Source: Vicugna vicugna (lineage: Eukaryota). Taken from it: a stretch of 64,000 bases of DNA. The translations under genes and the position numbers were made by a program. Each line of letters starts with the position of its first letter. Within the stretch, counting starts at the first letter, position 1. The notes beneath the pieces are model-generated. The model did not search any database. It saw only the letters and a list, made by a program, of their open reading frames with translations, and was not told the DNA's origin. The stretch covers positions 4,816,716 to 4,880,715 of the forward strand of contig MU058337.1 in the NCBI GenBank assembly GCA_013265495.1, read 5' to 3'. This document shows positions 25,451 to 38,890 of this stretch, one piece after another.

Positions 25451-28400
25451 AGGGCAAGCCATATCTACCTCATTCTATTATAGCACAATTTAAATCTTAC
25501 TTTTCACTACCGAAGCCATTCTGTGCTCAGATCTTTTTTTTACACCCAAGCTCCCAGTTATAAAAGATGTAAATGACTATGTAGAAGGAAAGAAAATTAA
25601 CCAGTTTACATACTCCTTGTGGGTGGTTACATAATACGACAGTGCACACGCGCTCGGTAAGCCGTAAATGTAAAGCATGAACGTTTTTGCTACTTGTGAT
25701 TTTTATGTAACTATATGGGAGGCATGGAAACCAATTTTATTTTGACTTATGTTATAAAGCTGTTGCCAAACACCCTGTGCTTAAGTCATGCTTCACATGG
25801 AGATAGTAATGTGTAGTCATTTCTATATAACGTGGGTCTTAATTTTCCCCTGTGATAGCAGAATTGCAGTGTGAGCCCATTGAAATTCACACTGAGTGTT
25901 CACTTACAAGATATTTTCCATTGAGAGTAACCACAGGAGCCTGGATGGTTATGGTTGCCAAGGCAAGACAGTTACTGTGAGGGAAGGGAAGTGGGCAGGA
26001 GAGGGAGCTGGAGTGAATTTTGTCTCTGCTTCCGCCATAGTCACCTGTCCCCTAGGCTTACCCAGAGGTCCTGTCCAGGACTCAGACTGACCCATGATGG
26101 TGGCAAGATAGGAATCAACCAAAGACGTCAGTGAAGTTGGACTCCTGAGCTCTCCTTGAAATAGACTCTTACTCTTCAATATTTTGCAAAGGATCAGAAA
26201 CTACGTTGAGGACCCTTTCTGGTCTCAAACTACAACATTTAGGTTGATCTTTTCCTGGAATACTTCCCTTTCAGCCCTCTCTCGTTGCCCCATCACCGTC
26301 CCTCACTGACTGCTCTCCCTGTGCCCGGGCAGCTCTTGCTTGAAGGTTTGTTGACTGGTTGCAGCTATTGACTTCACAGTGATTATGTTCAGGCCATTCT
26401 ACATGAACTACCTCCTTGGTTGTTCTGCTTCATCTGGGAAGGCACACGGTGGCCAAGGCACGTGGTGGCAGGTCCTCCCCAGAACACTGATGTCTGCCAC
26501 CCCTGGGTAGAGTAATTAGATTATTATAATTTTTACCATCCAGTAGATTTTACAAAGTCAAGGTTTTTTTTCCCTTGGCTTCCAATAAGTTAGTCTGTAA
26601 ACAAATTATCCACAGACAAAGATATATTGTTTTTATTAAAGCACATTATTTTTCCCAGGGATTTGGGGGTTTAATAAATAATGGCGGTATGAATGGAAAT
26701 CTCTCATATAGTTAACCTAGTATTGCTGAAAATTATACTGTGTGCTTGACACATAATACCACTGTCTCACCTTCTAACAAGGAGAGTTCATAATGTATTT
26801 GCTTGTTAACTCATTTATTGTCCTGCACAAGATCCTAAGTTCTATGAAGACAAGAAAAATCATGTCTCTTCTGCTTACTCCCAGCAATTATCATTGAGCC
26901 TAAGACACAGCAGAGGCTTAACAGATGGTAAATAATGTAGTGAATGGAACAATCCAGAGCCTCTTCCCATCATTATTATCAAAGAGTTGTCCTGACTCCC
27001 AGGGAACATATTTGTTCTGTTTCCATTTTGTCATCATCCCATACGAATAAATGATGGGAGTGGAGAGAAAAAAAATAATCTGTTTCATAAATCATACCAT
27101 TCCAAAGATTTCCAATTTTTTTTCTCCTCTAAAATCTCAAAGTCAGTTATCTCTGTACCTTCCTACTGTAGGTTAGGTTCTTTAAAATCATAAACTGAAG
27201 AGCTACAGTAGGACTCAGCAATCTAGTTTAATGTTGCTGAAGCTTTGAGTGATCTGTAACGACAAAACTTGGGTCAGTCTACACACAGTGTTACAGGGGC
27301 TCAAGTTATTTCATTCTCAAACGCATTTACTGCAGAACATTTTGTGCTTTCGATTAAATCTAGTGTAAGTTAAAATATTTATGAGGTAACCATTCGATCA
27401 GTAAACGAAATTTTCTGCTTTCTGTGTTGTTTCTTCTTTATTTTTGCAGAATAAAGAGTAAGATAGAGATTTTTGTTGTTGTTGTTTCCAGAAATTCATA
27501 ATGATCTTAAGGTTGGATAAGGAATGCATGTTTTAAACTCACTGCCTTCTTCCTCCTCCCCAGAGCTTTTTACAGCCTAGTAACAAAGCTCTTCATCTGC
27601 TGGATCTAAATGTTTCTGGAATCAACTGAGCTCTACAAGACCTCAGATTGAATGCTCATATCATTTTACCAATTTATTTTACAAAGGACTGAACATGTTC
27701 AGAGGGAAATTGTAAGAGGGTTAGTTTGCAGGTAGAGGATTTAGTTAATGAGGATGACATGGAGGAAGTTTTTGCATTCTAAGTTTTATAAGGAAAAAAA
27801 TATCTGATATTATGTATGATAACAGTTAATTCACAGAATCAGCCTTTTCTAGACGTAAGAACATCTGTTCCAAATAGATCTGGCCACTTGACTTTGCAGA
27901 AAGACACACATGGCAGGCAACACAAGAGTCCTATTTTGCCTTCCTCTTTGAAGTGCTTGTTAGTTGATTTTTGGATCATTTCCCAAGCCAGTGAAGCCAC
28001 CATGTGTGCTGTGACAATCATGTCACCATTGTTTGTATATAAATCAGGCATGTTTGATTTCTGCACTGCTGAGCAGGGGATTTCTAGCGTGCACAGAGAG
28101 CGTTCTGCTGAGCCCCGTCTCCAGCTGCGTGCTTCTTCCGCACCAGGCTGAGAAGGCTCCTTCCTGTTTCATAAAACCTAGAGCCAGCAAAGCAAAGTGG
28201 GAGACTTACAAAGCCCAGGACACTTGGCTGCTGTGCATGGATTAACAGTCAGGGAGAGGTTTAGGTAACATGACTCATTGGATGAAATTTGTTTACACCT
28301 CTGAATTTCTCCTCATTTTATCTTCATTTATTCTGAAAGCAGAAGGGCATCTGTTACCCAAAGGTTTAAAAAGGAAAAGAGAAATCCCCTGCCATGGGGA

Positions 28401-28902
28401 CTGAAGGGCTAGGGCAATGGCTAATTTCCCCAGGGAGTTCCTTAATGCACGGAGCGTTTATTTTACGTAGTAAGTGGTTGATGAATGCTTGGGAAAGGAA
28501 GGAAGGAAGAGAGAAAAGGCACTGGCACAGCTGCCTTTTAAAAGACACACTTTACTTTCTTTCTCCCTTTTCCTTTATCTTCCTACCTCTCTTGAGGGTG
28601 ACCTGATAGTGACAGTTGGCAGAGTTGTGTTGGTACCTTAGAGAACAGGTGGGAGTGAAATCTGCAAGTGCTCGGGGTTAGGTGACACCAAGTCGAAACC
28701 TGGGGTGTTATTTTCCAAACAAAGGGTGATGAATAACCAAAGAACATTACTGTTGAAAAAAAAAGCATGCCTAAGATTGTTCCCTCCGTTAGTGACACAA
28801 AAATCCAACCTGTTGTGAGATGTTGCTATAGAAATCACAATAGCCTGGTCTATTATAAATCCATGTCAGTTTCGAGAGTGATGACCCAGTAACATAAGTC
28901 AA

Positions 28903-28952
28903 ATACACACACACACACATGCACATGCATGCACGCACGCATGCGCACACAC
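28903..28952. repeat. Compound (CA)n/(GCAC)n alternating purine-pyrimidine tract
   Basis: Directly visible; uninterrupted RY alternation over 50 bp. Confidence 0.9.
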
Positions 28953-29536
28953 CTGAATTCCATCTACATCTAAACTCCTTTTTGATCGTAAGGGCTATAG
29001 TTGGCAAATCAGATTATACTAAGTCCAGCAAAGGATGGGTAGTTTAATAAATGAGCTAGCCATAGGCTAAAATGTTTCTAAACTTCTAATAGAAGTTTTG
29101 GCATTTTTCACAGATCTAGGGAAATACACCTGCCACATTTTTTGGCTTTTCTTTTTTTTTTTTTTTATTTGGTGTAGAATGGGAAAATTTGAAGGATTCA
29201 AAATAGTTGCAACCTTTAGAAAATGGTGAGTGTTTAAAGTATCATTAGAATTAATCTTTCCTGCTAGTTATATAGGCTATTCACAAAGACAATATTAGTG
29301 GAAATTTGCTTAAATATTTCCTTTTCTCCTCATTAAATCTTTATTTTTTTCTGAAAGAAGAAGAATATTTGTGATTTAAAGCTTAAAAAGGAAAAACGAT
29401 TTCCCTGCCAAACTAGAATAAGTATGTGTCACACTTAGGCTATTTTATAAGAATGTTTGTTGTGTGTGTATTGTTCTTTTTATTTCTTAAGTTCAGTGAA
29501 TTCTTCTTAATTAGAAAGTTGGTTTACTTGTTACTC

Positions 29537-29718
29537 TTTTTTTTACATTTTTTATTGATTTATAATCATTTTACAATGTCGCATCAATTTCCAGTGTTCA
29601 GCACAATTTTTCAGTCATCCATGGACATATACACACTCATTGTCACATTTTTTTCTCTGAGTTATCATAACATTTTGTGTATATTTCCCTGTGCTATACA
29701 GTATAATCTTGTTTATCT
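29537..29718 (-). mobile_element. Relatively young, 5'-truncated camelid-type L1 3' end
   Basis: T-run, then tttattgatttataatcattttacaatg...cattttgtgtatatttccctgtgctatacagta (L1 3' UTR). Confidence 0.8.
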
Positions 29719-30010
29719 TATTTGAAAGACTGACTTTAGATCCAATCTTGACTTGATAATTGATGAGGGATGTGGAGCAAAGGTAAATCCTGTTCTGAAC
29801 ATTAAACACATTGATGGTTTATTGATGAGTTTGTCCTTCCCATTATTTAAAGTTAGGTCACTAACACAGTGCAGTTAAAGGAGGAAATTAACTTTAAGTT
29901 CAAATATTGACTTGCTTCTTACTAGTATATGACACAGAGACTTAATCTGCTTACAAAACAAATGAGTTTTTGAAGGCTGATATTAAGGTTAGATTAGAAA
30001 GTACACTATA

Positions 30011-30042
<32 letters not shown>

Positions 30043-31859
30043 CTTCTTCACATAGTGACTACTAGGTATATGGTATAATTATTTTAAATCTTTCTCTAAA
30101 TCTTTTCCCACCAGTGTGATCTATTCTGCCTCTAAAATATCATCCTTGCTTTCTTTACTAGCTATCTGGCGATCAGTTAAGCACTACCTGGCAATATTGA
30201 TCTGTAACTTATTTTGTGCGGGTGTACGTATGTGTGTGTGTTGGAAAGCATTGCACTGCGTGTGCATAGTTTCCCTCCTAGACTGTCAGTTACTTCAGAT
30301 CAGACGCCTGCCTGTGTTCTTTCCTGTTCCCTGGGGAGCACAGCACACGGCTTCACACAGGAAGGTGGTTCCGTTTTGTAAATAGATGAGACATTTGCTT
30401 AAAATCCTGTGATGATGGAAACAGGTGATTTTGAAAAGTAATATATAAAGCCTTACTATAGCATCCAAAATTAATATACAAATCTTTATCCAAAGATTTC
30501 TTCTTTTTTTCTATATTTAAAATGGAACTTAACATATATTTTATATGAATATTATTTTTACTATTATATCCTTCTTAGCGTTTTGTGGCGTTTTAAAATA
30601 TGCTAAATGAAGGACTTATTTGCCCTTCATTTGGCTAATAAACTGAGTAAAAGCAAAATTATTGGCTATCTAAGACTATGTCATCTATCCACTTACCTTT
30701 TCTGAGTTTCCTCCTGTTAATTTTTAATTCTCCGACAGTCTTCATTCCAATCTAGGAAGAAGATTTGGTTCCTCTGAGCAGATGGAATCAGGGGATAAAG
30801 CAGCAATAACAAGGAGAGTTGACATTACCGTCTGTTTGAGAGCTTAGCTCCTCATCTCAGTTTGGTGGGACTCCTTGCTCTTATGATCTGAAGAGACCAC
30901 CTATCTTTGTGGGCTTTTAAAGAGATGATTTCCAACATTAGAAGCATATGATGCTCGTCTGTCATTTTTCAGAGTTACTCTAGATGTCCTTTAACTAATA
31001 GGGGGGTTTCCCTTGCCCACAATACAGAGCAGGGTCTGACTGTGTAGCAGGACCACTAATTGAGGAAGCCCCCACCCAGTGGGACTCTGTTTGTGGGAGA
31101 GGACCATGAAGAGGGATAGGATTCAGCCAGTGTAGGTTCTAAGGTAGAAGTCAAATAGACATGATGGTCTCTCTCAGGATTCCTAATGGATGATGTCATT
31201 GGTCCTGGGAACTGAAAAGGTCATTAGTTATTATCCAGTTGATTATTGGTCATTTGGCAGATGAGGAGTCACAGATTCAGGAAATGTAAGTAGTTGCTCA
31301 AAGTATGGCAATTAATAGAAGAACCAAAGTCGTAGCTCCTGGATCCTCCCTTTGCAGAATCTAAAGAAAACACACTGCCTCGTGTATCAGATGAATGCAT
31401 GAGATTCTGAGGATGACGGGCTTAGGTAAACAGTTTGGCATTTCCAGCAGTTGATAGGAAGTGTCTCATGTGTGGATTCTTGGTAAGGTAATTTCTTGGT
31501 AAATATCTGCTGAATTTAACTGATCAACAATTTCCCTTGCATGGTCCAGGGCAAGCCAACTCTGCATCTCCTCTGTCCATGGTCCTTCTCTTAGCTTCAG
31601 CTGTGCCAGGATATCTGGCATCTCTGTTTTGTGACTCAGGGCTGCTGTTGAGTGAGAAACAGAGTAGAGGTAACTGCGAAAGGACTGAGGTTTAGAAAAG
31701 CTGAGCTGCCCTGCAGTTCTCTCAAGGGGCTCCTTCTCTTCCTGTCACATTTCTTCAGAATCCCAAGATGAGCCGATGTCCACCTAGAACTCCCCCACCA
31801 TCAGACCATTACTATTCTGCCCTCTTTTAAAAAACTCTGCTCCTTCAAGGGTGTTTCTA

Positions 31860-32720
31860 TTTAAGTGTATCATTGTTTTCTTCCTATTTGCAGACCTACA
31901 GACTATCTACTTTCTGCCCTTCAATTATCCAAGACTTTGGCACCAAACTAGCTGTCTTCTCAACTCTAAATCCTGCTTTACCTTTAATGATGTGTAATCC
32001 ATCCTCCCCGGACCTTCAGTTGTTTGACTCCTTCATTTCCAATGTCCTTCTCCACTCAAGCCGCACACACCCAGTGGTCATACGCTAAGCATTGTGATCA
32101 TTGAAAACTACTCATTTCCAAAACCACTCATTCAAATATCATGTGTTCTGATCATAATATTCTACCTCCAGCTTTAGTTTATCTTCTGCCTCTGGGATCA
32201 TTCGTCAACCTCATTTGACTGCCTATGTTCATCGACGCCTCACTTTCCCATTCTCTCCCCATACGCCATTTCACTGGTCCTTACGCCAATGACTTAAATT
32301 CACTCGACTCGGAGCACCTGTTGCTCTTGTCAGGCAACACTCCAACTGTGGAGCTCCCCAAATGTCCTATTTCAGTCTTCCTGCCCTCCAGTTGCTGAAT
32401 TGTACTCGAGAAACTCACAAACACTGGGGAAATGTAACTTCCTTATGACCAGTCTCAACTGTGCCCTCAGCACCACCCAAAATCCCACTCCATTTCTCAG
32501 ATCTTACATTTCTACCCTTCAAAGAGCCCGTCTTCCCGCTATTCTCTCTCACACTCTCCTACTTCCCAGAGGACATTTGAAAAAGTAATGCCCTCAGCTT
32601 TTTACTGCGAAATCTACACATCCAGCCATATCTGAACCTGTCCTCACATCCCTCCCTCCAATAAGGCCATCCTCTCCATGCTTCCTCCTGACCCATCCCT
32701 TTCTCAAAGTACCTCCACTA
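31860..32720 (+). mobile_element. L2 ORF2 (endonuclease C-terminal region) remnant
   Basis: Pyrimidine-rich; about 32066-32101 translates HTPSGHTLSIVI (cf. THxxGHTLDLVIT of APE endonucleases), followed by an SDH-like ctgatcat. Confidence 0.7.
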
Positions 32721-34339
32721 CCATGCTTACACTACTCATCATCGTGAACATCATGATCTTAAGATGACACTGTCTATAAATTAATGAGAAAATTTAGTGT
32801 GTAGGTTTTTCCTAAAGATTTGATATAATACAATCTTTCTTCCTTTTTTTGTTTTGCTGCAGGCAAGTACCTGACAAAAATAAAATTATGCTATTTGATT
32901 GAACTATACGCCATTGCTAACTGAAGGTTTTTGCAATGTTCAGGCCTGCATTGAAATGGGATGACCCTCTTTCTGGGCAAGAATATGAGACCAGCTCTTA
33001 TCCTTTTATAACAGAAGGACAATTCCACCTCTCCCACCTCTTGACATTTAAAGTGTTTCAGTTCTTAAGTAAACAAACAAACGAGCATATCTGCAGTAAA
33101 AGTACAACATAGAGAAAATTGATTTATGAACGTCCTAGGATTTGGCACCTGCCACAGGCTTGCTTAAAATATCTCATTCTTGAGGGAAATATTTAATCAG
33201 TATGCCATAAAAGTAGAAAGAGTATGACCTTTAGGATCATAGATCTGAATTCGAATACCTGCTCCATCCCTTACTGTAACTTATTAGGATTTAAGCAAGT
33301 TATAACTTCTCCACAGGAGAGGCAGGACCATCAGGAGGAAGTGGAATGTTTATCTCTCATGGAAATCAGGAAAGACATTCGCAGGATGGCTTGGAAGACT
33401 CTATGGAACAGAACTCTGTTCCAAAAGTCTTGACCAGCAGGGGAAGGCAGGTGATTAGGTACATGGGATGTTGTGGTCCTGCCTGGAAGGAGGGTCAGCA
33501 GAACCAGAGTCTCCAGGTTCACAGAGAAGCAGAAATGATTCATAAACCCCGTGGAGGAGTAGGTCGGGAGTTACTGATGTCTTCTTCTGGGGAAGGTTGG
33601 ACGGCCTCTAATGCACTTGGCACTCAACATGAAGGCTTACGAGGGATTAGGCTGTGAGGAGAGGGCTTGACCAACTAAACACGTTCTCAGATTGCCCTGA
33701 CTGTGTCAGACAGGCTCATCCCAAAGCTAAGCTTATTGTTATAGTGCCTGGTAAAACGTCTTCACTGAGCCAGCACTTAGTGGCATCTTATTAGCATCTT
33801 GCGTTTATAGTGGATTGGTCCGTAAGGAAGCATTCTGAATGTGGTACCTTATAATGACATATTGCCTCCTCTTTGAGTGTAAAACTCGTTCTGGATACTT
33901 GTGAAATGTACATGTTCCATCCTTATACTTGAAGATTTTGATTGAGCAAATCTGGAATGTCACCTGGAAGCCTAGTTCTATAAATTCCCCAGTTGATTCA
34001 GATGTACCACATTTTAAAAGAGCTACCATATTTGAAAATATTATCCACTGTGTTATCTGATTTTAAAACCTGTGCAATACAGGTCATACTATATTTGGAT
34101 CTATGGATTTGTGTAAGTTTTGGTCCAACAATGAAAACTCCTACCAAAATAAGGTGTGGCAATGAACTAATCTCAGTTTTCTCACATTGCTCCCTGCTTT
34201 TTCTAGGCGGCCTTGCTCAGTATTTTAATTTTAAAATGTTTATTTTGCATTATGTTTAAAATTTCAAAACCTTTTAAAATTATCCTAATAGCAGGTTAGT
34301 TAAATCTTCTAAATTTTAGAAATAGTCGTACACATCATG

Positions 34340-34530
34340 ATGTGGGGAAAATATAGAGTTTTCCTTGTCTCCCTAAACTTCAATTTTTCTCAACTGCAAA
34401 ATGGGAACTATATAGATTAAAATTGAATGACCTCATAGGGTAATTTTCATGATTAAATTAACTAGTTCACTTAAAGTACTTAAAATGATGCTTTGACTTT
34501 TACTGGCCACTCAAATGCTGGTTGTTATTT
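34340..34530 (+). mobile_element. MIR SINE
   Basis: ttcaatttttctcaactgcaaaatggga...cctcatagggtaattttcatgattaaat. Confidence 0.65.
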
Positions 34531-35931
34531 ATAGCAATAATGGATTTCACTTTTGTTTATTGAGAAGACATATTATTTATGCCCAAATCCATATAACTGT
34601 CTTCCAAAGGGAGCGTTAGGATGAGGGGCTAATAGTTCTATATTCTAACAGCTCAGTTTTGAGGACTAACGAGGTAGCAAATGTGAGAGAATATTTCCAT
34701 TTGTTTTGGTGAATTGTTTTTGGAAAAGATAGGACACTGCTTACTGAGGTTGCTGCTGAAACTGGAAAAATAAACTTGAACTAAGATCATTTTCAGAGTC
34801 TTCTGGGGAGGAAAAGCAAATTGTGTTTCTTAGTCAAATTTGTTTACATTCAAGTAACAGCACATCTTGAGCTTTTTAATTTTATTAAGAATGCTGCTTC
34901 AGGTTCTTTGGGAAATAGCACAGAAGTAGGTGGTGGCGTTCTCATCGCACCATCGTCCAGGCCTTGGCCCCAAAGGAAGTTTACATCTGGACATACATTG
35001 CCTCCACAATTGATGTGTACACAGAAATCTGTGACAATCAGTCTGCATCCCATATCCAGGGACAAAACACTTAGAAAGAGCCTATCATGAATTCCCTTCA
35101 AAATAAATTATTTTAAAGGCCTTCTGTGCAGAAGAACAATGACAGAGAAAACCAATTAATATATAATAGGTAATACATATTTTTATTGCTAGTCTTAAAG
35201 GGAATTGTTTTTTTAATTTACTCTTCCACTGTGAGTCTTCTGGAATCTAAGTGTTGGTAATTATTGGGCATGTAATGATGTGACCTAAGTTAATGGATTT
35301 AAAAAAAATACTCTTACAGTGATACCAAAGAAGAGATCTTTACTGTTTAGCACAGAGTATGGAAATGAGTAAATATTTGCTGAATAAAATTGGTTGGAAA
35401 TATAAACGAAGTCTATGTTTTTCTGGTGTTCCTTGTTGAGAATTTAAGCAGAAAGAAACTTCTTTTTGAATGGATCTGGAGTTCAGTGATATTTTACACA
35501 TATTGACTTTTTAAATTCTGAATCCTTTTTTTCCATTTTTTTTGCTACAAAGAAATCCTGGCGATTGCAAATTTTTTTAAAAGGAAGGTTGCGATATTTT
35601 ATTTATTGTGTTCTTTAGCCATTTCATGTGATACAATCCTTAACTTGTTTAAAAAAATGATCATACAAGAGAAAATGAAGGACTTACATTTTGGTATCCT
35701 CAACAGCCATTTTATGTAGTTTTAAAATTCAAATTACCAACTCATGAACTGAGAAAAGAGATGAAGAATGTAGCTCTGGGCCTGATTAAATATAAATTAC
35801 TTTTTGATGATTAGTCCGTCTGCATTGCTTGTTTTTGTTTTCGTTAGTTGACCTGGAATCCAAGTCAATGCATTTGCCATGACTTCTTGGCTAGTTTCCA
35901 TACTCACCTACTTACCTGCTTATGTTCTCTT

Positions 35932-36223
35932 TCAGAATATTCATTGTTTTTTAACACTTTATTTATTTTTTGCATACTATATGTGTGTATATATATATAT
36001 GTATATATATATATCAAATTCTTTTCCATTACAGCTCATTACAAGAAATTGAATATAGTCCCCTGTGCTTTACATTAGGTCCCTGTTTTTTTTTAACCTA
36101 TTCTACAAACAGTAGTGTGTACCTATTAATCCCAAACTCCTAATCTATCCCTCCCCTCCACTTCCTGTCTGGTAACCACAGTTCGTTTCCTATGTCCGTG
36201 AGTCTATCAGAACATTCACTGTT
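35932..36223 (-). mobile_element. 5'-truncated cetartiodactyl-type L1 3' end with 17-bp TSD
   Basis: L1 3' UTR text (ttgaatatagtcccctgtgct...taatcccaaactcctaatctatccctccc...ggtaaccac); TSD tcagaatattcattgtt (35932-35948) / tcagaacattcactgtt (36207-36223), 2 mismatches. Confidence 0.9.
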
Positions 36224-36307
36224 AATGAAGGGACATGGTTTCCTGAGGGAGTATGATGTTACGTTTGGGAAATTCTGTCCACCATATCTGTCTCTCTTAT
36301 CTTGGCT

Positions 36308-36377
36308 CCCTCTCTCTCTCTCCTCTGTTCCTCCCCCTCTCCCTCTTCCTCCCTCTCCTTCTCTCTCTCTCTCTCTG
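36308..36377. repeat. CT-rich polypyrimidine tract
   Basis: Directly visible. Confidence 0.85.
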
Positions 36378-36689
36378 ATTCACAACGCATATTAACAAAT
36401 TAAAGAATTTCAAAGTTCCTGAAATTCTTAAAAGTTGACTTATTTTTGTTTAAAGCATTGCCACATTTTCAGTGATTAGGAGTATTTATATTTTTAATAC
36501 AGAATAGACAGTGTAACTGTATTTACAACTTCTGATCTGAATTTCTGATCTCAAGGAACAGCTTTACCGGGGAGGTTGGCTACATCTGCAGCTCCTCTGT
36601 TAGGGCTGCTGTTATTGCCTGTATTGATGAAAATGCTGACGACATTAGAAGAGACCAGCTTAATACTTAGAACAATATTTTATATTTTT

Positions 36690-36860
36690 ATTGTGTACTA
36701 TGATTTTCAAAGTGCATTTGAATATATGATCTCATTTTGTTCTTTGACTAGCCCTGTGACACAGTGATTCCCACTTTATAGACTGTAACACGCGTGCTCA
36801 GAGAAGTTGGTATTAGCCAGGGCGCGCAGCTCTTGAGCTCTTGTACTAGAACACGGCCCG
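36690..36860 (-). mobile_element. MIR SINE
   Basis: atctcattttgttctttgactagccctgtga...cccactttatagactg...gctcagagaagtt. Confidence 0.6.
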
Positions 36861-37245
36861 TTCCAGCCCAGAGATTCCTACAAGATATACAAAGAGCACA
36901 TCTTGCCACTGAATCCGCCAGCTCCCCTCGCTCCTGACCCCACTGTTTTGCTTCAAAGGACTCTCTCCTAAGACCTTCAGATTTTTTACATATGCTGTTG
37001 GGATTATGCCTGGTTCTGATCAATCTCCACATAATTTTGATTACACTAAATGGTACAGAGTTGTTAAACTGGTGAGAAGAAATGTTCCATTTAAAAAATT
37101 AACTGAAAGTTGCTTTTTGCATTTTACCTGTCAGTCAAAAAAAAAAAAGAGAAGAAGAGATAAGAAAAGAGTTTTGAGATCAGCACAGTATATTTAAATG
37201 GTCACTACTGACTTGTGTTTTCCTCTTCCCACACATGTGTTCAGG

Positions 37246-37481
37246 TAGTATGTGCAGTGATTCAAAGCTCAGGCTATGGAGTCAGACTGTGGGGATTCAA
37301 ATCCTGGCTCCACCATCCGGCTCTTGGACCTTAGATACGGTCTCTTACTTCTGTACCATGTTTTCTTCACATTTACAATGGAATTTTTATAGATGCTTAA
37401 TAAAATGGTTGTGAAAATTAAATTCATTAATACATTAAAAGTACCTGACATATAAAAAGCACTCAATAAATATTAGCTATT
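37246..37481 (+). mobile_element. MIR SINE, near full length
   Basis: ggctatggagtcagactgtggggattcaaatcctggctccacca...ggttgtgaaaattaaa...gcactcaataaatattagctatt. Confidence 0.85.
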
Positions 37482-38214
37482 GACCTCACTTAATGCCCTT
37501 TTAGTTGGGAGACCTCTTCTCTGAACCTGATTAAGCTATTAGGCTCTAAACAGGTTGTGTCACATCTTGTCCTGATACAGTTGTCCTAAGGACAAAATAA
37601 AGTGTATCAATGACAGTGCCTGGTATGTAGCAGGGGGGCTGTGAAAAAAAGAGATTACGAAAATAAGTCCTCCCAAGCAACCTTATGTCTCAGCAGTGGC
37701 ACTAGGAAGGGAGATGGATAAATCTCAAAAATTGCTTATTGTATTTAAATTGTCAAATTGTATGGTTGACGGAATCTATAATTCAAGAATTGTATAGTTC
37801 CTTTTGGTTTAAGAACCTGTTTATTTATAAATTAATGTTTAAGTGGAAAATTTCAGGTGACCCCTTAGCAAGACAGCGGACAGTTTGTGAGCATCTCAAA
37901 ATGTGTGACAGAAACTTAAAATACCATTTGAGAGTGTTTCTTTCTAAGAAAATGATCCTTAGAAAAACTGTTATACATGCGATTGGTAATATTTCTTGAA
38001 CTCTCTTTATTTTTGATATTTCTTCCAAAGGTTTTCTCAGAAAAGCTTATGGTTAGTTAATTTTTTTAAATACTAAAATTTAGCCCACCTAAGTAGGAAA
38101 TTCTAAGTATGAAAGGCTGATAGTGCTTTTAATATTTTTATCTTCTTGTTCTCTTTCTTCCTCTTCTCCTTCTTCTCCTTTCCTCGGCCTCCTTCTTCCT
38201 CTTTACAATTGTTT

Positions 38215-38890
38215 TTATTTAAGGTTTTATTAAGAATTTATCTTTTTAGAGCAAAAAATCAGTTCAAGCAAAAGTGAGCAGATGGTACAGAGATTTCCCT
38301 TATCTCCCCTGCCTGCACACATGAATAGCCTCCCCCGTTATTAACGTTCCCCATCACAGTGGTACATCCGTTACAGTTGAACCCACATTGACACGTCATT
38401 ATCACCCAACGTCCATAGTTTACATTAGGGTTCACTCTTGGTGTTGTACCTCCTGTGGGTTGGACAAATATATAATGACATGTATCCATCATTATGGTGT
38501 GATACAGAGCACTTTCATTGCCCTAAAAATCCTTTGTGTTCTGTTTATTCATCCCTTCTTCCCCAGTCCCTGGAAACCATTGCTCTTCTTACTGTCTGTG
38601 TAATTTTGTCTTTTCCAGAATGTCATATAATTGGAATCATATAGTATGTAGCCTTTTCAGATTGGCTTCTCTTACTTACTAATATGTATTTAAGGTTCTT
38701 CCATGTCTTTTCATGGCTTGATAGCTTGTTTCTTTTTAGCTCTGAGTAATATTCCATTGTTTGGATGAACCATAGTTTATTTATCCATTAGCCCCCTGAA
38801 GGACATCTTAGTTGCTTTCAGGTTTTGGCAGTTATGAATAAAGTTGCTATGTATCCACATGCAGGTTTTTGTGTGGATATGTTTTCAAAT
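38215..38890 (-). mobile_element. L1MC1-like 3' end
   Basis: gtacagagatttccc...cacattgacacgtcattatcaccca...tacattagggttcactcttggtgttgtac...gccctaaaaatcc closely match recalled L1MC1. Confidence 0.9.
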
